From: Paecilomyces variotii
Lineage: Eukaryota
DNA: 64,000 nucleotides
Assembly (NCBI GenBank): GCA_004022145.1
Contig: RCNU01000008.1
Strand: one strand, 5' to 3'
Program-made: the position numbers and the translations under genes
The notes under the pieces: generated by a model
Databases searched by the model: none
Told to the model about the DNA's origin: nothing
Seen by the model: the letters and a program-made list of their open reading frames with translations, nothing else
Part shown: piece after piece, positions 27,752-39,069 of the stretch
Numbering within the stretch: the first letter of the stretch is position 1
Layout of the letters: each line of letters starts with the position of its first letter

Positions 27752-28287
27752 ATGTCTAGTCCTCAAGGAAATGGCGGCAGTCGTCCTACTTGGCAAGAAC
27801 GGCTCGAAGGTCTGTGCAGTTTCTTGTGGACCGTGCACTCCTGCTAATTAGTGAAAAAAGATCACTGTAGAAGAGCTAAAATGCAACCTCCGGTTTTCAA
27901 CATCGTCTCGGACCGACGAGGTACAGTATACTCTCTATTCTCTACCTCCATCCAGCTGGACAAATTACATCCTGCATTCAACTGTCTCTACAGTTCCTGA
28001 TGCTCAAAAATGGGGTTTTCAAGACATAGTGCAAAAATGAGGCTGAAATCTATGCTAACAATGCTTTTCATCTTCTAGGAGGTCGTACTGCTTGGTCCAG
28101 CACAGTTACTGTCCAGGGGCAAAACATTGCTGCTCGCTACTGGTATGATGGCCAGTATATAAACAATGCAAAAGAAGATGCCGCAGAGGTAGCTCTCATG
28201 CAACTGAACGCCCAGACTCGTTCTCCAACAGTTTTCCCTGGACAGTTAGCCCCTCAAGCGAACGGGTACGGCCGTATGGGGTATTGA
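27752..28287 (+). CDS. Small standalone double-stranded RNA-binding-domain-like protein, about 108 aa (exons 27752-27809, 27861-27920, 28079-28287)
   Basis: Two phase-1 GT..AG introns with branch sites give MSSPQGNGGSRPTWQERLEDHCRRAKMQPPVFNIVSDRRGGRTAWSSTVTVQGQNIAARYWYDGQYINNAKEDAAEVALMQLN...GY*, with an alpha-beta-beta-beta-alpha dsRBD-like pattern. Confidence 0.85.
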
Positions 28288-29354
28288 AGCCAAAATAATA
28301 TTCTTCTGGGGCCACAATCGCTCCGCAGTCTTCTTGTGCTCCCCGAAGGCACAATGGATAGCACTGTTCTTCTGTCAGCGACAAATCTTTTACAAGAGCC
28401 CGGCAATACGCAGACGCCGTATACCCTCCGGCCGCGTTGACGGCTCTGACTGCACGAGTCATCATTTCATGAATGTCGCTGCTCTTTCAGGTCTTACATA
28501 CTTTTCGGTTCTTCAATTTCGATTCCTGTGGGCGGCACTTTCGCTCTGGCCGCCTTTGTACCAATTCCCATGAATGTTTTGGGAGGTTGTCGCCCGTTCG
28601 TCTTTTCTTATCTCGCAAGCCATTCTTCGCATGGAATGGCAAAATAAGTGATGGTAATGTTATACGACTATGCGCATGATGCTATGTACCGCCGATCTCT
28701 TATTTCTCATGTATTCATTTGCATATTATCTGTTGCATTTTCTTTATTTGGGATATCCTAACAAGCACAAGCCGCGTTGGATGGGTTCGCATGAAATAGA
28801 GCACACGATATGAAACCAGCGCAATCACAAGCTCGGTTCATAATTCGAAGCCAGGATTGGAGTTATACACGGAACGGGGGGATTTGCTCTGTTAAGTCTT
28901 GTCAAAGTCAGCTTGGGATACTACAACATGGGCATTCAATCTGGATTGGCCTTAAGGCCAACATTGCTTATTGAGATATCGTGTGGCGCTTTGTATGGTT
29001 TCTTGTCGTTGCCTCTGTTGAAAAGAGCCCCATACGGGATATTAGTTTCCAACTTCGTACTCGACCGTGTTGTTCCTTGCACACACTCCCTTGTGGCGTA
29101 TGCATCTTAATGTTCCGGTTGCATTTGAACTGTCAGATGCAGAAACCTGTTCATTTCTAATAGTAGGAAATGACACCAACGATTTAGCCAAACTATGCGC
29201 TCCCTCGGTGGAACACTAACAAGTTTCCAGAAAAAGACAGGGCGCCCATTGGTCACGGTTCTAATTATGACTTCTTGCATGCATACCCGTTATGCAATAT
29301 CTCATGCATTCCATCGCCCAGATCAACCTTAATCTTAAAACCTGCATTCAGATC

Positions 29355-31400
29355 TCAGTATGCGAACCTCTTGCCATTCATCTGCCCGCTCCTCTTTGCA
29401 TTCAAGAGTCCATAATACAATCTCAGAAGGACACACCCAACTGCAACGAACAGCAGAAGCGCCGCGTTTGTCCAGTGACCTGTTGGATAACCTCTCTTTG
29501 CCTCATTGGCCTTGTATATCCACACACCTACGATCTGGCCTGGCGCGCCAAACGAAACGTTCATTGCAATCGCGAGGCCGGCTCCCGCTGTTGAGTGTAT
29601 GTTTGATGATAGCCAGCCAAGTAGGGGCGGGATGCATGCGAAAGAGCCACTGGTGGCGACGATGAGGCAACCGTAGCGATGCTAGACGTTGAGAGGAATA
29701 TATGTAAGCTAGAGTAGACTGGGAGTTCTTTGGTCTTTTTTTTTGTACATCATGCGGTGGTAAGGATGGGAAGCATGTTGTTTGAAGACTTACGAGATAT
29801 GCGTCTGCAGGGAGGACAGCAGATGCTAGGAAGCCCATTGCTCCAATGAGGGCGAATGCGGCAGAGTGGAGGCCACGGCTGTTAAAATTGAATGTGTTAG
29901 TTCTTATGCCGTTTTACTTATTTATTAAAGTAGGGTCTTTCTTGTGATGTGGAATGTTCATGTATGACTTCAACGTACGAATTGAAATGATCCGCTGACC
30001 AGGAAGCGGCGACTGTTACGACGTATGCGACGGCCCATGGTGGAACAGTCATCAGCTGCGCTTGCAGACTAGAGTAACCCAGACCTGCTGTGAGAGAAGG
30101 CGTAAAGAGGGATAAACTTGAGAACGGAGCGGATATTCCGAAATAGACCTGTTGAGTTTGTGAGATCGTGTTAGTTAGTACAGTACATATCAAACACAAA
30201 CTGTTCTCCACTCTGATCGATGCTTCAGAGTCAGATAGTATAACTTACAGCATAATGAGCGTATAACCTCCAATCAGCCAGAACAGCCTTAGCATCCTCC
30301 CATGACATCGCTTTTGCATTGCCCTTCGAACCTTCATCTTTGAGTCTTATCATGGCGAGCTCTCGCTCCTCCGCCGTGAGCCATCTTGCCGTTTCTGGAT
30401 AATCCGGTAAAAAGAACCAGATAAGAAAAGCAGACGCACAAGACGGCGCACCCTCAATGATAAAAAGCCAACGCCAAGCAGACAGTCCCTTTGCGCCGTT
30501 GATGTGGCCCACGCCGTATGCAATAGCGCCGCTGAATGCCCCGGCTAGTGTTGCAGATGCGAGAATCAGAGCAACCCGTATGGATCGTTCCGAAGTTCGA
30601 TACCAGAAGGTCAGATAGTAGACTAGACCAGGGAAGAGTCCGGCTTCAACTACGCCCAGGAGGAAACGGATCCCTGTCACTTGTGCGTAGGTGTGCGCGC
30701 CACCGAGTCCCATTGATATCGCACCCCATGCTAGCATGAGGAAAGCAATCCATCTCTGATTAGAGTCAGTATTTTTCCGTTTTTGGGCTAGAGGGATATC
30801 AGGAGCCATACGCTAGGTCTGAGCTTTTTAAGAAAGTAATTCGATGGAACTTCGAAGAGGGCGTAAGCGATAAGAAATACCATTAAAGCGATCCTAATGA
30901 GTGTCGTCAGCAGTTTCTCCCTATTTTGAGAGAAATCAAAGCTTAGAACTCACGTGTATTCATACGAAGTCATATGCGTCTCAGATAAAAGGTCATTATG
31001 CGTTTCGGAGTTCAGAACCTTTGCATTTCCTGTGGGGCGGAACATCAGTAAAAACTACTCTATCTGAGCATCCAAAAACATTGTTGGAAATACCGATATT
31101 TGATCGATCCAGATAGCAGAGTAAGTAGATGCCGGCACATAGCGGCACGATGCGAAGATCTTGCTTCAGAATGAGAGCCCTCTCGCTGGCGTTGATTGTT
31201 CTTAGGTCTAGCGTCGCATCTTTTTGATTGCAAGAGTTCTCCTTCGCGCAATATTAGCTAGCGTCCATGATCGACCACCTGTAGGACATAATTATCTCAG
31301 ATGGTTGAGTAGGTAAGGATGCGAGTAATCGTACATAGATGCCCCCTTCGAGATCCTTAACCGCCTTTGCGGGTTCTTTCACAATATCTACCTCTGACAT
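29355..31400 (-). CDS. MFS transporter, anion:cation symporter family (Tna1/Dal5-like), multi-exon
   Basis: Motifs YLLCYLDRSNIG|NAK, FEVPSN, RFLLGVVEAGLFPG, YLTFWY, WRWLFIIEG, LPDYPETARWLT and QLMTVPPW; ends with RFAY*. Confidence 0.92.
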
Positions 31401-31708
31401 TTCCGTGGAACGACGCAAAAAAGTGACTTGAGGACCCTGGGTTGGGGAAAGATTCTGGGGAAGGTCCCTTTTTGAACCCGCCGAGAGTGTGGGGTAAAGT
31501 ATGTGTTAGCTGGACTTAAGTACGGGGTACAGTATTATACGGAGTACTATCAGGGCATTGGCCATAGACTCCATCTATCTACGGGGGAACTAGTGAAGGA
31601 AGGCTCTGTAGCGTGGGACATAACATAGTGCAACAAGCAAATATTCTTTCTGTGTATTGATTATGATGCGACGAGGACAGCACTTTCTACCTACATGTAG
31701 CACATTCT

Positions 31709-33506
31709 GATAAGAAACAAGATGTTGATGTTGCACAGGATCAATCCAGATACGCGACGAGGAAGTACGGGCTGTCCATCGCTCTCATCTTGACCGCTTT
31801 TTAGTCCCTTGGGGGCTAGATCACTCTAGGAAAAACTGCATCCTGTGGATTATCAGGGAGTTTCCGATCGCCGAGGCTGAGTTCACTGTGCCAAGATCCA
31901 GATCATGTCTATGCAGCGAGGAGCAGCTCTTTTGTGAAGGACGCTTTTCCATACTGATTTTTATTAGCATGATATAGATCGCGTGCATTGATTGACAAGG
32001 AACATTCGATAAGAGAGTATCGATTCGACTGTTTTTGACTTTCCACTTGTTAGTTAATTAGCCGCGGGATACATGCGGGGTGCGGGAAGATAAGGTTGCA
32101 CTACTTATACAGCTACTAGTATATACTCCGTACTTCCATGGTATGACTCGATGTCTGTTCCATTTGCAGATGACATGTTATTGCCCCTCTCCTTTAAAAA
32201 AATGATGATCTATAGACGATAAGTCCCCGGATCATTTCAACGCGACAATGCTTGATGTCGCCACTCTTGAGTATATTTAGTGTACTCCAGCTATGAGGTA
32301 GGAATACTGACCTTACGAGGAAGAAAAGCCATTGCTTGACAGTGAAACTGCACAACACTATTCGCAGGCTGAGAGGATATCAAACTGTTAGCTTAAGGGT
32401 AGTGATGGAGAGAGACATGATAAGCTCTACTACCCGATGTTGCCGCCATCTTGTCTCCATTATAGGATTGAACTTATATCACAAAATGACTCTCTCCTCA
32501 AAGATAAATCAATAAGGACCGTTGTATATTTTCAAATGAGAACAAATTTATTGTATACTCGATACAATCCCTTAACATTCTACGCTATGGAACCACCTCT
32601 GGTCTCGAAGTACCATGGCCACAGCGAAAGACACCCTGCGGAGAACCCAGATTTGACAAACATCAGATCGGCTGTTGGTCATATCAGCAGTAAAGTATTG
32701 AAGATGAAATTCTTGTATTAGGAAGCAATGCGGGGAGTGAGATAGTATTTGTTCTGCAGGATGAATCTGAACCGTCCATTCCAGACTACACCTGATAAGA
32801 AAGCATCAGACCTCGAGAAATAATGTAACTGATTGTTGAGTGATAAGGTATGTTTTCAGTATGGTTAAGCTAATGATGAAAGTATCTCTGCAATATCCAT
32901 TATTTTCTATCTCTGAAATACCGCGGCCCTTTCTGCACCACATGTTAGTTATCAGATCCACATTACTAACATAATCAGCTACCGAGTTAGGATCAATCAG
33001 CTTAAAGGAATAGAATCGCGCTATGAAATACGCGCTAGTGGCCATATATCAACGCCTCCGAAAGAAGAAGTCCCTTCCAAGCGCTTGTTAAATGCAAGGA
33101 CATGCAGGTTCCCAATTCAACGGCACATTATTTTAAGAGCGTATATATAACGGTCTCGAGTCAGCGGACTCTTTGAACTTTTTCCCAAGTACAGCAGAAA
33201 GCATAACTAAGAAAGATCCTAGGGCGCGACAAGTGGCCCCTTTCTTTTAAGCATATTTAGTAGAGATAGGAGTAATAGGAGCAAGAATTCTTTCTCAGCC
33301 CAGAAGCATTGTAGTGAAGCAACGGAAGGATGGCAGCAAGCAGGGGCCGACGGTACTTAGTAGAGGCGGCAGCGGAAGGATCATACTTGTGGACTTCGAT
33401 CTGGGACTATATACTACACTAGGTACTTTATCACCAGAAGTAGAATATGCGTATTATCCCAGAACTCTCCAGCACGAAAAAACGCCCCAGGCCAGGCGGA
33501 GATAAG
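31709..33506. promoter_or_regulatory. Cluster of GATA-factor sites (GATAAG) in the divergent MFS/PEBP promoter region
   Basis: GATAAG read at 31709, 32008, 32089, 32218, 32419, 32794, 32842 and 33501. Confidence 0.55.
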
Positions 33507-33641
33507 GCTGTAATGTCCGATAGTCAGGCCACTTAGCTCCAGCCAGCAAAGCATTGCATTAACCCCCTTTTTCATCAACTTCCAAGGTTGACACCCTGGA
33601 AATCTATCCATTTCTCATTTCCACTGAAGAAACAATTCAAG

Positions 33642-34260
33642 ATGGCTCCATGCAAGAGCGCAGAGGCCGCACTGTCAGCAATCAAGGATGACAAGTCCAA
33701 GATCCTAGGATTGACGATCAACGGCAACAAGGTTGAACCGGGACAGCATATCCCCAAAGCAGGTACGTGACTCCTAAATGCCAGCAGTGGCCAATTTTTT
33801 CCTTGCTATCCTTGTCATCAGCACATGATGTTTACTAGTTCTAACAGAAGCAACTTCTCCCCCCGAGCTATCTTTCAACACGACCTCCGGCACATATCTC
33901 GTGATCAACGTCGATCTCGATGCTCCTTTTAAGTCTTTCAACTTCTTGGGCCCCGTTCTCCACTGGGTGCAATCGGGCTTGACACCTGAGGTGACAGAAG
34001 GCGGCACCTCTGTGCTGAAGCCTCACGATACTCCTGTCATCGCCAACTATGCCAGGCCTGGACCCCCGCCCGGAAGCGGGCCGCACCGTTACGTGTTTCT
34101 GCTCTATGAGCAGCCCGAGGGCTTTGACGTGACCAAGTACGCGCCGGCTGGAGGCAAGCCCGTCGGCGTTAGACGCAGGATGCGGTATGATCTGGATGCG
34201 TTTGAGAAGAAGGCAAACCTGGGACCCGTTATTGCTGCCAACTACTTTACCAGCAACTGA
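33642..34260 (+). CDS. Phosphatidylethanolamine-binding protein (PEBP, Tfs1-like), one intron
   Basis: Motifs YLVINVDLDAP, LHWVQSG and YARPGPPPGSGPHRYVFLLYEQP; ends with AANYFTSN*. Confidence 0.92.
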
Positions 34261-34793
34261 TTGACGCGCGCATGATACTTCATTTGTTTACTTTTGAGAA
34301 TTCGAGCACAGACACACGCTTGTAATGCTGAAAGGAAGATACCCTCGTCGTATTAGCTAATCGATCTACGCTAACTACTTGTCTTCAACTTATAAGTCAA
34401 GATTCCATCTCATGATCAGATAATAGGTTCTTTAATTATCGTCCACATTATTATCATTGCTGTAATAATATTCCGTTAACGACGACCTACCTAGGTAGGG
34501 GGCATACGTAGGTGGTTAGTTGCACTAGCAGTATATTATGTAATCTGGGGCAGACTTGCAAACACAGCAAACGGTGACATCGGAGATCGTAAAATATCTC
34601 CGTTATCGATTCCGCGGGGAAGGAGATATTCAATTGCGGAGGGGAAATAATAATTTGCGATACACCGCATTGGAGATCCTTGGGTGTCTTTTATCATATC
34701 ATCTGTCCATATATATAATTCAGAGCTTTAGCTCGCAATAATCATACTTCAACGCTTCCAATTTCCAACCTCAGCGCCCAGGGGAGCGTGGAA

Positions 34794-36549
34794 ATGTCAA
34801 CAACTGCCACGCGCAAGGCAATGCCGTCGGCATTGACCTTTGATTTAATAGCTAAGTGCTCTGTATGTCGTCAAGAACATTCCAGCTTCTCGAATTTTCA
34901 CGTAATATCTGACATAATGTCAATCTATCCAGACAACCAAAGCTCGCGCCAGCACCCTCCATCTTCCACATGGAGCTGTGCCACTTCCGATCTTTATGCC
35001 CGTTGCTACGCAAGCCTCTTTGAAAGGACTTACGCCAGAACAGCTGGCACAAACAGGTTGCATGCTCTGCTTGAATAATACGTATCATTTGGGACTGAAG
35101 CCGGGTCAAGCGGTGTTGGATCAAGTAGGCGGTGCACACAAGTTGCAAGGATGGGATCGAAATATCCTAACCGACAGTGGTGGGTGGGTTTATTTCCGTT
35201 CCATGCTTTGATTAGGTGTATGATGTTAAGGGGGAGGTTTTCGTGGTTCCTAATATAATTCCCTGAAAACGGGGTTCCTTCAGTAGAAGGTTTGATACTT
35301 ACTACTTTCCTCTACAGGTTCCAGATGGTCTCTCTCCTGAAACTAGCAAAAGTTACGGAGGAAGGTGTTCGGTTTCTCAGTCCACACGATGGAACGCCGA
35401 TGTAGGTGGATCCCCGGATATACATACCTTCAGTCATTACTGTCGTAATGCGACTTGCTTACGCTGTTGAAATTCGCACAGGCTCCTAACACCAGAACAC
35501 TCGATTTCGTTACAGAATTCAATCGGTTCAGATATCATCATGCAGCTAGATGACGTTATTGTCACTACCTCTCCTGACAAGGCTCGGATGAAAGAGGCCA
35601 TGGAGCGCTCTGTGCGATGGCTAGATCGTTGTATTGACGCCCACAAATATCCTGAACGTCAGAATCTGTTCTGCATTATTCAGGGAGGTCTAGACCTAGA
35701 AATGCGGAGGCAATGCTGCGCAGAAATGGTGGCTCGAGACACCCCGGGTATCGCAATAGGTGGGCTCTCAGGTGGTGAAGCGAAGGAGGACTTTTGCAAA
35801 GTGTGCGTTGGTTTCAGCAGTTCCAGTGCAGAAATTTGATCCACTGACAGATTACCCCAGGGTGGATACTTGTACTGGCCTTCTTCCCGAAAAGAAGCCT
35901 AGATATGTCATGGGTGTTGTACGTGTCAACCCTTCACTTTTTCTTCTCGATATCGCTAACAGATTACAGGGATACCCCGAAGATCTCGTTGTATCTGTGG
36001 CTCTGGGTGCAGACATGTTTGATTGTGTCTGGCCAACAAGGACAGCAGTAAGTTGCTTTAGCTTAGCAATGAGACTTCTTCCAGACAAATCCCAGCTGAC
36101 GCAAGATCCTAGCGTTTCGGAAATGCTGTAACCAGCTATGGAACATATAATCTCCGCAACCATTCTTATGCGGCCGATTTCTCTCCTATAGAAGAAGGCT
36201 GCGAATGCATCTGCTGCCGGTCCACTGAAAAGGGCGGCCTCGGAATAACCAAGGCATATATCCACCATCTTGCTGCAAAAGAGACAGTTGGTGCTCATTT
36301 GTAAGTTCCCCGTGCTCTTTTCTATATGTCAGATTACACTTGTTGTTGACTAATACCCCCAGACTTACAATGCACAATGTACACTACTTGCTCTCTCTCA
36401 TGGGCTCCGTCAGACAAGCCATCATAGAAGACCGCTACCCCGATTTCCTTCGCGAGTTCTTCGAGAAGCTCTACAAGAACAAATCGGATATACCAAAGTG
36501 GGCTGTCGAGGCATTGCGCGGCGTAGGAGTTGATCTGCTGTCAGAATAG
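34794..36549 (+). CDS. QTRT1: Queuine tRNA-ribosyltransferase catalytic subunit (eukaryotic TGT), many introns
   Basis: Motifs [77 protein letters not shown], Zn-binding CECICC and HNVHY. Confidence 0.95.
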
Positions 36550-37319
36550 AAAGGCTACTATTTTTACTTTTTTTTCTTTTTCTTTTTCTTTTTTTTTTTT
36601 TTTGGTGGGCGCTCGAAATATCTGACACGAGACAATGAGAACATGACGCGCAAAGGATAATTAATAAATAAAAGTTATTTGAATTAAGAGAACTTTTACA
36701 TATTGCTCTAATGGCTTTAGTACAGCTGAGCTGATTCTGTTGAATGTGTGCATTTCCTGCAACCACGTTGGTGGTGCAATTGGTCTCTTCGATATTGACC
36801 TGCTTGCTTGCACTGGAAGTTGATGTAGAGATGTCCGTACTGGTACTGCTTAGCCTAATCTGGAGATACTTTTACAAACTCCGTATTATATACAGACGCT
36901 TCTGTGTATGATTGTTAAGTAAAAGAAAGAGAACGTTTCCGATGCGTATGTATAGTATGTTCTTCTGTTTTGTTGAATATATAGAATTGATTGATGAATC
37001 GATAAGTTCATTATAAATTATATATACAATGCAAATCAGATCGTGATATATCACCTCGACAATTGTTGATGAAAAAAGTCATGGGAATCAGCCATTTCTA
37101 TGTAATGCGCTATGCTATGAGATTGATTCGATGTCAAAAAGCAACCTGAAGCGAATCGCCAATGCATTAAATTCAAAAAATTGCAGCCAGAAGGCTGCGG
37201 GGTATATATATAATTGGCGTATGCTTGGTATCCGGAACAACATGCATAAAAGGAACAAAACAAAACAGATTATCACCACCGAAAAAGAGTATTTGAGATG
37301 GGATGGCCCAGATCATCAT

Positions 37320-38264
37320 CTATTTTCCCAACATCACGCCAGCTCCTCTCATGAGAACAATAGTATCTCCTGACTTCAACTTTCCATCGCCAATTGTGTC
37401 TGAAAATTCGAGAAACTCCCCGGATTCGATGTGGAAAATCCTCAATTTCGCCTCTTCGCTGTCTGCTCGATTATTCAGATTCTCAACGCCAAGTCTCCTC
37501 GCTGCATCATCCAACACTCGTCCAACTTTCCATCTGGTGTCAAAGAAAAGATTGCTGGTAGGAGGATCTGGTCTTTGCGTGGTTGAGGTCCCGACGACAT
37601 GTAAATAGATACGTTTGTCGGCGGGGATGCTTGCTTCGCCCTTGGCTGTCTTCTTCATCGTGTTCACCTGTACCATGCGTGAGGCGGCCGAGGTTGGTTT
37701 TGGTTTTCCGTTCGGTCCTATTGAAGTTGCATTGTTTCCCCATGTTCGAATACGAGAGAACATCGACTTGATTGTGTCGTTGGGCGTTGATCCTCCATGG
37801 CCCGGACGTGCTCCAAGAGGGATTAATTTTGAACAATCATGCTCTTCTCTCAGCCGATGTTTCAAGCAGTATTTCCGATTGCACTTATCGCAGTGCACAG
37901 CGGGATCTTTCGCGGTGTCGATGAGCGTTTTGCACGCCGGATGGGAACACTGTATCGAGTTGTAGATGGTTGGTTTCTCCAAAGGAAGACTAGACGTGGT
38001 TGCTGTATTCGCCGCCTGTCGTCGTCGTGCCCATTCTCCAGCATGGCTGCATTTGTGTGCTGTCTCTGTTCGATGGTCGAGACAGAATGTGCCCTTGCAA
38101 GACTCGCAGCGGAAAGGGAGGAAATCGAGCTGGTGACAGTATTCGAACTGACAGTTGCGACCGATCGCTTCTAGGTCGTGGTCGGGAATTTGGCTGAATG
38201 ATTCGGGCTTCTTTTGGTCCGAATCAGATGGTGTCTGTCTAATCGTTACCGTGATCGGAGACAT
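37320..38264 (-). CDS. AN1-type zinc finger protein (Cuz1/ZFAND1-like)
   Basis: Two AN1 fingers (CQFEYCHQLDFLPFRCESCKGTFCLDHR..HKC; CSHPAC...CDKCNRKYCLKHRLREEHDC) and a ubiquitin-like C-terminus (WKVGRVLDDAA...SGDTIVL). Confidence 0.92.
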   Translation of the reverse strand: MSPITVTIRQTPSDSDQKKPESFSQIPDHDLEAIGRNCQFEYCHQLDFLPFRCESCKGTFCLDHRTETAHKCSHAGEWARRRQAANTATTSSLPLEKPTIYNSIQCSHPACKTLIDTAKDPAVHCDKCNRKYCLKHRLREEHDCSKLIPLGARPGHGGSTPNDTIKSMFSRIRTWGNNATSIGPNGKPKPTSAASRMVQVNTMKKTAKGEASIPADKRIYLHVVGTSTTQRPDPPTSNLFFDTRWKVGRVLDDAARRLGVENLNNRADSEEAKLRIFHIESGEFLEFSDTIGDGKLKSGDTIVLMRGAGVMLGK

Positions 38265-39069
38265 TGTATTGGGTTTATCGAGAGTGACAGACTGGGGAGA
38301 ATCCAGGGAAAAAAGACAGTTCTCAGAAGATCAGGTCTTCTCGTTTCTCAAGATATTAAAAGAAAGAAAAGCCAGGCAGACAGTACGCGTCATGAGCGAG
38401 TGGCAAACGCCGATGGATGGATGTGAATGAGTACAAAGCAGCCTTGGAGCTGTTGCTGACAGACTGAGCGGAGCAGCCAGACACGCGGAGAAGATTCCTT
38501 GAGGCGCAGCTGTGGCGGTGCTTATCTAATCTCGATCTTCGCACAGATCCATATCGGGAGCTAGTCTACTTTTGGAATAGCTCAGTTATGCGGGGAAATG
38601 CCAACGTTTAGGTAAGCTAGCTACCCCGCAGGATAACGAGTATATACACCTACTCTGGAGTGCATTATATCGAGCTACGTACTAGGAATAACTCAAACGA
38701 TTGGAAGTATCTTATACACCATTTCTAGCGAGAAGTAGAGCCCTTATCATTAACTGAAAAAGAAAGAGTCAAGATTGGAATTTTGATTGATCGGGATACG
38801 TAGTAGGATACTCAAAACAACTCTCTTGAAAATACAGCCCATAAAGATTATGAAACAGAAGAAAGATCAATGAGAAATAGGTGATTCTAGACACGCACAG
38901 GAGGGTATATTGACAAGATTAGCGAACGCAACACCCAGACATAGTAATACAGTCGGCTAAACCGGCAGGTCAAAAAAATGCTCCAACATTGATGCAGGCA
39001 AGCCAGAGATTATGGATATCTTCTCAGTGTCGGATCCCGACAGACCGTGATGATGCTTTCCCCGTGCAA

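Noticed and set aside
35183..35318. C/D snoRNA in a TGT intron (ATGATG...CTGA)
   Set aside because: Imperfect C box, span of only about 47 nt and no recognisable rRNA guide.
21353..36549. Functional link between the tRNA genes and queuine tRNA-ribosyltransferase
   Set aside because: TGT modifies tRNAs with GUN anticodons (Asp, Asn, His, Tyr). These tRNAs are Lys(CTT) and lie 13 kb away.
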